Assembly: GCA_951406725.2 (NCBI GenBank)
Contig: OX597824.1
Coordinates: forward strand, 72,106,001 to 72,170,000
Length of the DNA: 64,000 nt
Direction of reading: 5' to 3'
Source: Octopus vulgaris
Lineage: Eukaryota
The position numbers and the translations under genes are program-made. Under the pieces are notes generated by a model. That model was not told the DNA's origin. It was given only the letters and a program-made list of their open reading frames with translations, and made no database searches. Every line of letters starts with the position of its first letter. Within the stretch, counting starts at the first letter, position 1. Shown here one piece after another: positions 10,451 through 22,815 of this stretch.

Positions 10451-11808
10451 AGTTAGAGAAACGTATGAGAACTGTGTTACTAACCTCACTCAGATAAAGT
10501 GTACTTGTAGATTTTAAGCAGCCAGCCTTGTTACAGTCATATGTATTCTGCTTGGGTGATGCGTTAAAGGTATAGAGATAAGGGATCCAATCTCTTTCAT
10601 CCATTTACTGTTAGTAGTAAATTTCAACAGTTGAACAACAAAACAAAGGAACCATGACGGGAGTTTCTCCGCGATGGCTCAACCTGCTAAAAATATCGGC
10701 TAAATCTTTCCCAAATCTCACTCTACCGTCATAAAAAAAAAAAACAACAAAAAAACGAAAAATGAATAATTGAATGATGTAGTCTTCGATACGTTTGAAA
10801 TACAAAGTTGGTTTTCTTTCGTTTTAAGTATGGTAATAGTCAAGCTTGTGCTAGCTGATTTCCTGATTCTCGGCAGTTTATTGTGTGTGTGTGTGTGTGC
10901 GTGTGTGTGTGTGTGTGTGAGAGGGATGGGTGTGTGAGTGTTTTCAGCAATCTCCAGCACATGAGAGACATTGCCAAATACATGAGCCGAGAAATCAGCT
11001 GGCACAAGTTGGACAATTGCCATCCTTAAAACGATAGAATGTCAGTAAATGAGATAAAATATACAAGTAATACAAGGTAGTCACAGTTGAAATACTCTTT
11101 TTTTTTTAATGATGGACATTTGTCTTTGATTTTATACAAGGACTCTGAGACCAGTGTGACGTAGTGGAGAAATTGTCTTCTGTCTAGAGACCTTCCCCGT
11201 ATGCTTGCGACAGAATGGACTCTGCTAAAATCACTCACTGACCGTGTAGTGCTGTTGAATTAAAGCAATGGATTAAATCAAACTGGTCGACCTTGCATTA
11301 AACATAATCACCAAAATGAAATGTAGACGAGGTTTTCCTTTTCTTTTCTTTCTTTCTTTATTTTTGCAGACTTTAAAATTAAGATCCACCGATTGACCCT
11401 GGATAAACATGTAAAATCATGAAACTGCGTGGCTCATTAATAATGTCGGCAATAAAAGAAATGAGGACCAACTGACCGACTTAACGGAACTCACGAATGT
11501 AATCCGTAAAGGCTGGAAAGGATAATTTAGTAACGATCGGCTCAATCTCACATATTTTTGGGAGGGACTATTGTATAATTCTAACGGCCCCAGAAAAATG
11601 AAAAGACAAAGTCGACCCTTAGCAGAATTTGATTAAGAACGTAAAGGAATGTAAATAAATACTGCATTTAGTCCGATGCTTTACCGATTTCTACCTGAAA
11701 TTTAGCGTTGTCATTAGAGCTGTCGGGCAGAATGCTTGGTAGTATTTGTTCCTACTTTGTGCTCTGAGTTCAAGTTTCGCTGAGGCCTTTTATCCTTTCA
11801 GAGTTAAG

Positions 11809-12576
11809 GGATCTTTTCGGTTTGAACGGCAGTTTTTTAAAATAATTTCCACGTAACTAAACACTTTTAAACTTCGTATACTGGTAGAATGTGTTTATAA
11901 AACATCTTTTTCTCTTGGCTTTATTGAGAAAATTCTATTGTGGAAGCGCAATGGCCCAGTGGTTAGGGCAGCGGACTCGCGGTCATAGGATCGCGGTTTG
12001 GATTCCCGGACCGGGCGTTGTGAGTGTTTATTGAGCGAAAACACCTGAGGCTCCGGCAGGGATGGTGGTGATCCCTGCTGTACTCTTTCACCACAACTTT
12101 CTCTCACTCTTACTTCCTGTTTCTGTTGTACCTGTATTTCAAAGGGCCGGCCTTGTCACTCTCTGTGTCACGCTGAATATCCCCGAGAACTACGTTAGGG
12201 GTACACGTGTCTGTGGAGTGCTCAGCCACTTACACGTTAATTTCACGAGTGCTTCCACACATTGAGAAAATTCTATAGTTTGTAAGATATTTGTTGTTTT
12301 TTTCTTCAATTTCTGCAATTTCAACCAATCACTGACGTCTATTGAGGTAAAAAAAACACATTCTGTGCCGTATGAATATGTCCCTCGTTTAAGAAACAGA
12401 TTGGGTTTACTTACATTTGTGAAGAAAAAAAGATACCTTCCCCCCACCCCTAACCCTAACCAACCCAAACCCTAAAACAGATTGAAATGCAATAGATCGA
12501 TACTAGGGTCATAATTATAGGTGACAACTTCATATGACACCGCTAGAAAGAACTGCCGTTCAAACCGAAATGATCC
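11809..12576. mobile_element. GGATC-TIR MITE with perfect 8-bp TSD, carrying a nested SINE
   Basis: TIR ggatcttttcggtttgaacggcagtt / aactgccgttcaaaccgaaatgatcc; TSD gagttaag at 11801-11808 and 12577-12584. Confidence 0.9.
11939..12260 (+). mobile_element. SINE family C (tRNA-derived), nested, 16-bp TSD
   Basis: Head gcgcaatggcccagtggttagggcagcggactcgcgg; TSD attgagaaaattctat at 11923-11938 and 12261-12276. Confidence 0.9.
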
Positions 12577-13068
12577 GAGTTAAGTACCAATCCAAGGCGG
12601 TGAATTGGCAGGACTGTAAAAACGTCTGATCAGATCTGCCTTGCAGTATTTGTTTCGGCCCTTTGCGTTCTGAGTTTAAATCCCGCTAGGGTGATCGACT
12701 TAACTCTTATCAACTAGCAACTTAGATAACTTTAGCGGAATTGCAAGCATTCGGGTCAGGCTTCTAGTTCTGATACGCTCTCCGCCTCCTCTTTCTACAC
12801 ACACGCACACATGCACTCACACACTTACACACGCACACACACACATTTTTGATTATATTAATTGTACTAGGTAAATAAAAGAAAGTGTGTATATGTACGT
12901 GTGTGTGTGTGTGAGAGAGAGAGAGTGAGGAGGTATTACAATATATAAATGCTGGCAGCATCCAAAAGCTGACTTGGTATAATTATTCATTGCTGTGTGC
13001 AGAGGATATAAAACCAGTATTAGTCTTTATTATTGTTTTAATTTATTTAGGTAGTTACTGACGAATAC

Positions 13069-13582
13069 TCTATATATATAAAACTGTAGTTGTGTGAGTG
13101 TCTGTCCCCTTCGATTTAGATTCCTAACTACTCCCACATTTTGCGGTGCAGTTTAACCAAATTCGGGTATCTTATAGTCGTGATTCATATCGAGCCCGTC
13201 TGGCTATTAGCGCGCGTCTACGATGAGTCTACGATTTTAAAAATAATTTAACATCATTTTTTATTCCATTTTAATGCATAATTTTTCGTGTGTCGATGGC
13301 GGCGGAGTTGGCGTCCACGCTCACAGCTGCACCTGTGTTGCTTATCCCCCTTCTTCCCTCCCTCGTGAAGCTGTGGGGAAGGGAGTGTAAGGAAATCAAC
13401 GTCGTAAAGCATTGTCAAGGAGACCAGCGTTCTTTTAGAACAACGACTTCATGGCTTGAAGACACCAAAACAGAAATGGCTAAGAAAGCCCGAATTGGCA
13501 TCTATAAGGGAGGTAACTCTCTAAAAATGCTTATATAGTTATTTCCCTTACAAATCCGAGCAACGCCGGGCGATACTGCTAG
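13069..13582 (+). mobile_element. Non-autonomous Helitron (family 2)
   Basis: Starts 5'-TCtatatatataaaactgtagttg and ends with 3' hairpin ccgagcaacgccggg plus CTAG|t. Confidence 0.8.
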
Positions 13583-14734
13583 TATTTAATATTTAGATGA
13601 ATAACAAAAATCATCCGACAAAATTTGAGACAAGCGAATGGAGTTACTTCCCTTTACATTCTCCCGTCCAAACCTTGCCGAGGTTTTCTTTAACAATAGG
13701 AATCGTTAAATAATCTTGATAAATAAGGCCCCTATGGTGTATTTTGTGTAAGAAGTGTGAATATTAAACCCGTTAGCTACTCAATAAATTTTATTTTTGA
13801 GTAACAATCCAAAACAAAGTCGTCTACTGCTTGATATGCACATGCCATAAGTAATAATTGTATGGAAAAAACATGCTTGCTCTGAATAGTTTACTCTCAA
13901 GTCAGCGGTTTTCCAGACATGGCCATCCCGTCTCTTCAGACATGACCACCCGTCTCTTCAGACATTTTATCTAAGACTGACTTATCTAATGCATCTCTAT
14001 TTCAGTTTTGTTTTGCTTTTTTTACCATCGTATAGAGCCTGCTGCTATTTTTACAAGATACCTTCCCGGAGAGGCTCCTTCGTGGGATAGTGTATTTCAA
14101 TAAAAAAAGGAAATAACAATCAATATAACAATATAATTAATAACAATCAATATAATTACAATCCATATTTAATTATAAATTGATTATCGTTTCGTCATCT
14201 TCTCAGTTTCTTCAAGTAGATACGTATACAATAAAGATGCAAGGGAGGCAATTCTTGCTATTTTCCTTGGTATTTTAATGATAGTGGATATGGTGAAGTC
14301 GTCAGTAGAGAAGATGGATAAGTTCATAGTGTTGTGTAAATAGAAATCTTGCGTTTCGGATGGTGCTGTTTCCTTCGATTGAGAGGGGTCAAATTTTAGG
14401 GCACAGCCTCGAAATATCAATGTTTCTATTTTCTTTATGAATTTCATTGTTTGCAACGCTGACCAGCACAAATTTCATTCTGCCATTTTTCTTGAAGTCA
14501 GCTGTAAAGTTTCAATAAGTTTTATAATACTACATCTAAGACTTTGCTGCGCTGATTTTAAATATTGTGATGTTTATATTTTGACTTTCAACTTTTAAGA
14601 TTACTATAAAAACAAAAGGAAAAAAAAAAAACTGATTATTAGTACAATGAAATATATTCTTAAAAAACTTCCCTGAAACAATTTATCTTACTTAGTAAAT
14701 GTGTAACTATTTGGTAAACCTGTTTTGATTTTGT

Positions 14735-15904
14735 ACGAGGGTTATACCGAAAGTAATGCAGCATGGGTCTGACTTTCGAATTAACTGACATAGGTCATTC
14801 AAATTACACATTCTTCCTCTCTTCAAAGGTTCTACTCAACATAGTTTCCATCACAAGTTATGCATTTGTTGAATAGCCATGCTATTGTTGAGACTGACAC
14901 TTCAATCCTCCTAAAAAAAATTGACATGTGCACTGTTGTACCCTCTTCTTTACAACTACTTTCATCTCCTCTCTGTCATCAAATCTTTGCTCCTGAAACT
15001 ATCTTTCAGTTAGATCAAAAAAGACTGAAATTGAGTATTATCATCATCATCGTGGTTTTAACGTCCGTTTTCCATGCTGGCATGGATTGGACAGTTTGAC
15101 TGAGGTCTGGAAAGCCAGTGGCTGCACCAGGCTCCAATCTGATCTGGTAATATTTCTACAGCTGGATGCCCTTCCTAACACCAACCACTCGAAGAGTGTA
15201 GTGGATGCTTTTTACATGCCACTGGCACAGGAGCCAATGAGGCAGGCCTGGCACCAATCACATTCGGATAGTGTTTCTTACGTGCCACTGACGTGGGAGC
15301 CAGTCGGGGGGCACTGACATTGACCACGTTCAGATGGTATTTTTTACATGCCATCGGTACAGGAGCCAGTCAGGGGGCACTGACATCGACCACATTTAGA
15401 TGATGCATTTTACATGCCACCTTCAATTCAGGTGTCAACTGACCATCCAATTTACACCCATTTTCTGCTACCCAAAGTCTTCTACTATGCATTGTGAGTA
15501 CAGTATAGTTGTGTGGCAATTTTATGGTTTTTACTCATATCTCCAAGAATTAGTTTATCCACTTGCTGGCAGTTCATGTTAGTGGTCACAGTTGATTGTC
15601 TCTCACTACATGCTTTGTCTGCAATGATAGTTTTTCTTTTTAAATTTATTCATCCATCTGTGCACATTGCTCTTGTCAGTGGTCTCATAACTGTAATCAA
15701 CCTTTAGCTTTCTCTGTGTGCCAAATAGCTTGTGCCTCTCCTTCATCAAGAACTTAATGACAGTATGTTGTTTCTACTTGCCTATTATTTTTCCTGCAAT
15801 GAACAGTAAGAGAAGTTACTACAAAGGAAGAGTTACTGTATGAACATGTGCAATAAAAAACAAAATAAAGTTATACCAACTTTTGCCTTACTTTTGGTAT
15901 ACTC
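14735..15904 (-). mobile_element. Internally deleted mariner relic
   Basis: TIR-like ta|cgagggttataccgaaagtaatgc and ccttacttttggtatactc. Minus-strand KQHTVIKFL..KSNVHRWMNKFK (N-term) and CITCDGNYVE (C-term). Confidence 0.6.
15040..15420 (-). mobile_element. SINE family G with internal ~60-bp tandem repeats
   Basis: Body gctggatgcccttcctaac on + and a (CAT)n tail; homologous to 25335-25752. Confidence 0.8.
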
Positions 15905-16085
15905 TTTTACTTGTTTCAGTCATTTGACTGTGGCCATGTTGGAGCACCACCTTTAGTCGAGCACATCGACCCCAAGACTTATTCTTTGTACACCTAGTAC
16001 TTATTCTATCTGTCTATTTTGCCAAACCAGCATCGGTTGTCAAGCGATGTTGGGGGGACTGACACACAAACATATACACACACAT

Positions 16086-16133
<48 letters not shown>

Positions 16134-16293
16134 CGGGCTTCTTTCAGTTTCCCTCTACCAAATCCACTCACAAGGCTTTGGTCGGCCCGAGGCTATAGTA
16201 GAAAACACTTGCCCAAGGTGCCATGCAGTGGGACTGAACCCAGAACCATGTAGTTTGTAAGCAAGCTACTTACCACACAGCCACTCCTACGCC
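15901..16293 (-). mobile_element. SINE family A, full length
   Basis: Reverse complement of 2491-2889. Confidence 0.85.
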
Positions 16294-17249
16294 TTTAGCT
16301 CCCGTGTTTTCAATTACTTTGTTAGTACTCTATTACTGAAAAGATCATCAGCTTTTTGTTTTGCATTTTCCCTTCTAATGGAATTTGCTGTTGGAGAGAA
16401 AGCATGTATGTGTGTGTGTGTAGTGCACTTGAGTACTGTATACAATAAACTCATTATTATTATTATTATTATTATTATAAGTGATAAAATATTTAAATGT
16501 TTTCTGTTTGAAATCTTGCCTCAGCCTATGTATATATCTACAGATGCATAGCTAATCTTGACATATGGGGGCTTCAATGTTACATTTCGTTGGGATAAGA
16601 TAAGCAGCAAATTTTTAATTAATGGGTAGCCCTGATCAACACCAAAAATAAAATGTATAAAAATTCTTTGACTTGCCTTTTTTTCTTCTATCCATTCATT
16701 TTCTCCACATGCTATTCCTGAGTAGGGTCTGGGAATGAAGTCCTCAGGCACCAATCATCATTAGATTTTCTGGCTGTATTCCCAAGCATGACCAACTGAG
16801 ATTATGAATGTTATACAACCATTTCATTCTTGGTCTACTCCTAGGCCTTCTGCTAGTTGACTTGGCTTGAAGAATCTTTCTTGTGGTCCTTTTCTGAGGC
16901 ATTTTAACTTTGTTTGTACTGACCTCTTGGTATGAAGTAGTGGCTCAATCTGGAGAGACTCCATGATCTCTGAGTTTAGCATTTTTTTTTTCTTTTTTGA
17001 GCTTCCAAATTCTTCAGTATTTGGCACATATTTTACAGCCATTCAATGTTCTCTTCAATTCTACTTGCTACAGAAGCCACTTCTCTCACCATCTATTGCT
17101 GGGTGCCAATATCACCTGACCTCTATGCAAAATACTGTCTAATCATTCCCCCATTGACTGCTAAACTGCATCATTCCTCTAAATCATATCTTTTTACTGC
17201 TCTTTCCTGCCTCCAAACCATCTTACAAATAATAACTCTGAGCACCTTT

Positions 17250-17590
17250 TCAAACTCCACCCGTGGACATATTTACAAAGTCAGAAAACAGCACAGCTCC
17301 CATGACTTTAGGAAACATTTTTTTCACACTAAGAGTTGCTGAAGTATGGAACAAACTGCCGGCATCAGTTGTTAGTTGTTGGAGCACTGCATCCTTCAAA
17401 ACTTCCATGCTTCCTGAGATTCGCCAATACTACACCTGATTATCTCTCCTCCATACACACACAAGCATGTATCTGACTCATACACTGTTCGCTTTCCAGA
17501 CATTTGTACATTACTGCATATACTTTATACGCACTTTCTGACAAGTTGTTGTGCACCTGAGCACTGTATACAATAATTTCATTATATTAT
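17250..17590 (+). mobile_element. CR1-group LINE 3' end
   Basis: TRGHIYKVRKQHSSHDFRKHFF-LRVAEVWNKLPASVVS..STASFK followed by a 3' UTR. Its tail (gtgcacctgagcactgtatacaataa) recurs at 16421-16478. Confidence 0.8.
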
Positions 17591-17620
17591 ATATCATATT
17601 CTGAAACAGTTCACATTTAA

Positions 17621-17830
17621 TTCTTTAACATTCAGATTTTTATGTCAAATGTAATGTTTATTTATTCACATTATCTTGAATTAATCATGCATTATCTTGT
17701 AGCTTCAAGATTTTCATGATGTGGTTGTTTATTTTTTAGAGTGACAATGTGAGAGGCCAGATCTGGTCAGTTTGGACATAAAACAGGTAGAATACCTGGG
17801 CTGGACATGGCCAGCTCAAATGCTAAAGGG
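17621..17830. mobile_element. piggyBac-type MITE
   Basis: TTAA flanks; ends ttctttaacatt / aatgctaaaggg. Confidence 0.65.
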
Positions 17831-18169
17831 TTAAGCACTGTCTGCATTTATCCTGGACCACTGATCTAGATGGAATAGGAAGATTGTTATTGTCACTTCT
17901 CTTTTCTTTTCAAATCGACCACAATGAGAAATGAAATATAAGAAAAAAATGTTTAAAGAATGATAAAAACCTCACAGAAAACCCCAAACTGTGTTATGGT
18001 AAAAACTAGTCAAATACTTAAAGCTGACCTAGAAATTTAACATGTCACAGACTATTCAGATCTTCACTGTTTATCTCACTATTTAATCTCCTGTTAATCT
18101 TTGGTTTAACGAGTAACAACTTGTCATATTGATTTTCAAGAACTAAATTTATTCTGTATCAAAATAATT

Positions 18170-18300
18170 GAGCAGTTAACATATGAGGATTGTCTGATGG
18201 TTAACATACTAGGATTGTCAGTCGTTAGCACATTAAGCTTTCAAGATTGAGTCATTAGCACATTGAACTACCATGATTGTCGAAATGGTTAACACATTGA
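18170..18300. repeat. Degenerate minisatellite
   Basis: gttaacat/gttagcacatt...gattgtc motif recurs about 5 times. Confidence 0.5.
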
Positions 18301-18333
18301 TCCTTTAGCATTCAGTTTATTCTTTCAAATGTA

Positions 18334-18901
18334 GGAGCACTCCGTCGGTTACGATGACGAGGGTCCCAGCTGATATGATCAATGGAGCAGCTTGCTCGTG
18401 AAATTAACGTGCAAGTGGCTGAGCACTCAACAGACACGTGTACCCCTAACGTAGTTCTCAAGGAGATTCAGCGTGACACAGAGTGTGACAAGGCCGGCCC
18501 TTTGAAATACAGGTACAACTCATTTTTGCCAGCTGAGTGGACTGGAGCAACATGAAATAAAGTGTCTTGCTCAAAGACACAATGTGTCACCGGGAATTGA
18601 ACTCACGACCAAAGCCTTGTGAGTGGATTTGGTGGATGGAAACTGCAAGAAGCCTGTCACATATATATATATATATATGTGTGTGTGTGCGTTTGTATGC
18701 CTGTGTTTGTGCCCCCAATATCGCTTGACAACCGATGCTGGTGTGTTTACGTCCCCGTAACTTAGCAGTTCGGCAAAAGAGACCGATAGAATACTAGGCT
18801 TACAAAGAATAAGTCCTGGGGTCGATTTGATGAACTGAAGGCGGTGCTCCAGCATGGCTGCAGTCAAATGACTGAAACAAGTAAAAGAGTAAAAGAGTAA
18901 A
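18334..18901. mobile_element. Chimera: SINE with D head and C tail (minus) fused to the 3' part of SINE A (plus)
   Basis: 18334-18517 matches the family C tail, 18515-18610 matches the head at 37582-37680, and 18607-18901 matches family A. Confidence 0.75.
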
Positions 18902-19654
18902 GAGGTAGAAGAAATGCCATTTATCATTTTGTCTGGCTTAGTAACAATTTTGCCAGATCACCACCCTGCACTCTTGTATAATGATGATTCTGATATGAGA
19001 ATATAGCTGCAAATTCCCTGAGAGAGCAGTGTCAATTAAACCCATCCCAGTACTTGATATATCTTTATATTACTGTGTACTAGACAAAATGTCAATTAGA
19101 GCCATGTACTTTTCATCTCTCTATGGTCAACAAAATAAAGAACCAGTCAAGAACTGGGGTCAGTATAATCAACTACAGCCCTCCCCAAATATTTGTGGCC
19201 TCATGCCAGTGTAACAAATCAATATTGATGACTGGGTAGATGAAAGACAAAAGTTGACTGTGGTGGGTTTTGAACTCGTGATGACATGTAACAAAAATAC
19301 CATAAGGCATTTTGACTGTCACTCTACCAAATCTGCCATCTCATCACATATATAATGATGGTGATTAATGAAATGATAGTAATATATTACGGTCAAAAAT
19401 ATTTTCCCATTTCATTACAAAAGGCTGAATTTATTTTAAAAAAAAATCAATATGAACATCTGAGTAAAGCTTCAGATATTTTGATAAAGAATGTCAAACT
19501 TATTCATTCAGTTTATTATTGTTGTTACGTTTTTTTAATACATATTTGTCATGCTCTTTTGTTATGAGGGTGGAGACACACCCTCTGTGTCTGTGGGACT
19601 TGGATCTTTAAATCTTCTCACACAAAATACACATGTTCACCACAAAATCTCAAG

Positions 19655-19877
19655 ATGCATGTGTGTGTATAGACACCTGTGTATATGCATATGCATGTGT
19701 GTGTGTGTGTATGTATATATATATATATATATGTATTATATATGTATATACACAGGGTTGTATGTGTGTGTGTGCGTGTGAGTATATATATGTGTGTATA
19801 TATGTGTGTGTGTGCATATATATGTGTGTATATATGTGTGTGTGTGCATATATATGTGTGTGTGTGTATATATATAC

Positions 19878-19908
<31 letters not shown>

Positions 19909-19985
19909 CGTGTGTATATATATGTATGTGTGTATATGTATGTGTGTGTATATGATACATACATATGCGTATATGTACATATGCA
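19655..19985. repeat. Compound (TA)n/(TG)n microsatellite
   Basis: Direct inspection; many similar tracts occur throughout the window. Confidence 0.95.
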
Positions 19986-21114
19986 TAAAATCTTTGCAAT
20001 ATCATATGATAATAGAATGGGTACCAAAGAAATTGAGAAGTACAGTAATGTCTTGATATAAGAGTCAACTTGTTCCCGGAGACTACTTGTAAAGTGAAAA
20101 CTTGTAAAGCAGAGCAATGTTATAAGTCATAATTCGTTCCTGGAAAAGTATTTTACCTGTAAAATTTAAAATACTCATAAATAAATGGCAATAAAACAAC
20201 AGTGGAATGTAAAGAATATTTTATTTCAGTAAAAAGAATGTCAAGATCATTTATGATAAAAAATATTATTATAATTGTTTTCTGGATCACTTTCACTTGC
20301 ACTAGACACGCGCATATCATCACCTGTAGGCGTGATTGCCAATTCACAAGTACTCATAGACGGATTTGTAGATTTCTTTTTAAAAAACAAGTCTAGATTT
20401 GTTTGCTTAGAATTATGAAGGCGGCGAGCTGGCAGAAACGTTAGCATGCTGGGTGAAATGCTAAGCAGTATTATGTCTGCTATTACGTATCTGTTTTGTG
20501 GCAAGATAATTGTACTTGTTCTCTATCAACTTGTTCCGTTCAATACCTATCGTAAAGCCACTACCACCCTCTCATACACCCCTTCCCACTTAGTTGCTGT
20601 AGCTTTGTTTTTTCCTTTTCTCCCTGTTCTTATTCAGTCTTACAAGTTACTCAGCAATCTCACTAGTGCTGGTGGCAAAAAATACACTTAGCCTTGGGAA
20701 GGGCATTTCAGCCATAGAAATCTTGCTAAAGTTTACACTAATAATCTGTGCAGCCCTGAGGCTCAGCATGCTATCAAATCATCCAACTCCTACCACTGTA
20801 GAAAACATGCATTAAATAATGATGATGATAATAGAATATAGATGAATATATAACAAAACGGAAACCCAAAATAAAGGAAGGATAAATCACATAGAGGGAT
20901 TCAGGAAACTCCATAAATAACTCAAAAACAAGTGCCTTCTTCCTGCTCTTGTTGCTTAGGCTCCAGCTGTATTGTTAGGACCTTTTAATCATACTGATTT
21001 TAGTACTCTCACTCACCTTCCATAAAATCTGCTGGAGAGAAGTATCTTGCTCTCTGTCCCTGCCTTCATTTTTAAATTGCATTTAAAGAACTTAATGAGA
21101 TCTTAAACTAAAAA

Positions 21115-21843
21115 GGGAAACTCTTGATTAGGACAACCTGAGAGAAGCTATTGATTGATTGGGACTTAGCCTCAGAAGAGAAGCTCTCCCTGAGGGCTTG
21201 GCCTATGGGTAATTCTTGGTGAAGGCTTGGCCTGAGAGGAGAAGCTCTTGATGAGGTTTCAGCCTGAGAGAAGCTCTTGACAAGGTCTTGGTTTGAGAGG
21301 AGAGGCTCTCGATGAGGTCTCGGCACGGGAGGAGAAGCTCTCGATGAGGTCTCGGCATGGGAGGAGAAGCTCTTGATGAGGTCTTGGCCCGGGAGGAGAA
21401 GCTCTCAACGAGGTCTCGGTCCAGGAGGGGAAGCTCTGGACGAAGTCTCGGCCTGGGCAGGGAAGCTCTTGACAAGGTCTTGGCCCGGGCGGGGAAGATC
21501 TCGACGAGGTCTTGGCCTGTGTGGGGAAGCTCTTGACCTGTGTGGGGAAGCTCTTGACGAGGTCTCGGCCTAGGGAGCGAAGCTCTGGACAAAGTCTTGG
21601 CCCAGGCGGGAAAGCTCTCGACAAGGTCTCGGCCCAGGAAAGGAAGCTCTGAATGAGGTCTCGGCCCAGGAAGGGAAGCTCTCGACGAGGTCTCGGCCCA
21701 GGCGGGAAAGCTCTCGACAAGGTCTTGGCCCGAGCGGGGAAGCTCTTGACGAGGTCTCGGCCCGGGTGGGGAAGCTCTTGAAAAGGTCTCGGGCCGGGCA
21801 GGGAAGCTCTCGACGAGGTCTCAACCTGGGCGGGAAAGCTCCC
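21115..21843. repeat. GC-rich 32-bp minisatellite, ~22 copies
   Basis: Unit gaagctctcgacgaggtctcggcccgggcggg repeated contiguously with no spacers. Confidence 0.95.
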
Positions 21844-22336
21844 AGACCATCATCACTCACATCCTCAACCAACATTCTACTGCAGGTGTTTTCAAAATGA
21901 AGTAGGTGAAACCATAGCAATGTATTTGCTACCACCATTTGAACTCAGAGTACAGAGAGCTGGAATGAATAGTGCAAGGCATTCTGTTATTCTAATACCT
22001 CTTCCAGCTCATAACTACATAATTAAATGAATGAATATGTGTAAATGTAAATATTAATAGAAATGAGTTTAATAGGCCAGAAAATTATAATATTACCATA
22101 TATGAAACCAGCATTATGAAAATAATTGAAAGAAGCCAAAAAACAAAAAAAAAAACAAAACTTAATGACGCTTTAACTTAGAGAGGTATTATGGTAAATC
22201 ATTTGATATCCTGCTGACTGGGTTCATTTATTTCTCAACAATGTGGATCTGGGACTGTCATATCTGAGTTTCAATGAATGTACTTCATCTTTTATTTTAG
22301 TCATTGTTTAGATATTACCTCACCATGAACATATCA

Positions 22337-22815
22337 GGAGTGGCTGTGTGGTAAGAAGCTTGCTTCCCAACTCCATGGTTCTAAGTTCAGTCCCACTGTG
22401 TAGCACCTTGGGCAAGTGTCCTCTACTCTAGCGTTGGGCCAATCAAAAGTCTTGGGAGTGGATTTGGTGGACAGAAACTGAAAGAGGCCCATCATATATG
22501 TATGTACGTATGTACATATATATATGTATGTATATATATATATATGTATATTCTTTTACTTGTTTCAGTCATTTAACTGTGGCTATACCACACAGCCACA
22601 CACACATATATATATATATATATAGATATATATATATATATGCATGTGTTGGTTTGTTTACATCCCCATAATTTATCAGTTCAACAGAAGGAAACTGGTA
22701 GAATAAATATCAGGCTTTAAGAAAAAAAAGTATTAGGGTTGATTCATTCGGCTAAAAGTTCTTCGAGGTGGTGCCCCAACATGGCCACAATCTAATGACC
22801 GAAAGAGATAAAAGA
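22337..22815 (+). mobile_element. SINE family A (older), with an inverted tail fragment inside
   Basis: Head ggagtggctgtgtggtaagaagc; the internal ttcttttacttgtttcagtcattt is a minus-strand tail piece. Confidence 0.7.

Larger units (their letters stand above)
4820..14750. other. CpG-retaining domain (putatively unmethylated in the germ line)
   Basis: By eye, non-repeat DNA here is rich in CG dinucleotides while the flanks show TG/CA excess. Not computed. Confidence 0.45.

Noticed and set aside
11939-12015. tRNA gene
   Set aside because: tRNA-like A/B boxes are present, but there is no acceptor stem and the sequence continues into a multi-copy SINE body with a TSD. The same applies to the other SINE heads.
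13290-13538. 82-aa ORF
   Set aside because: It lies inside a non-autonomous Helitron, has a GTG start and shows no recognisable domain.
14184-14471. 95-aa minus ORF, and a plus-strand DSGYG peptide reminiscent of LMO7
   Set aside because: No recognisable homology or splice context. The DSGYG frame hits a stop within a few codons and lies upstream of the CH exon, the wrong order for this family.
19551-20117. Overlapping long ORFs rich in Y/I/C/V/H/T
   Set aside because: They are translations of (TA)n/(TG)n microsatellites, as are most entries in the ORF track.
21115-21843. CRISPR-like array or repetitive ORFs (up to 153 aa)
   Set aside because: Units are contiguous with no unique spacers, there are no cas genes, and the context is eukaryotic. 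The 32-bp period is not a multiple of 3, so the ORFs reflect GC-rich stop-poor repeats.
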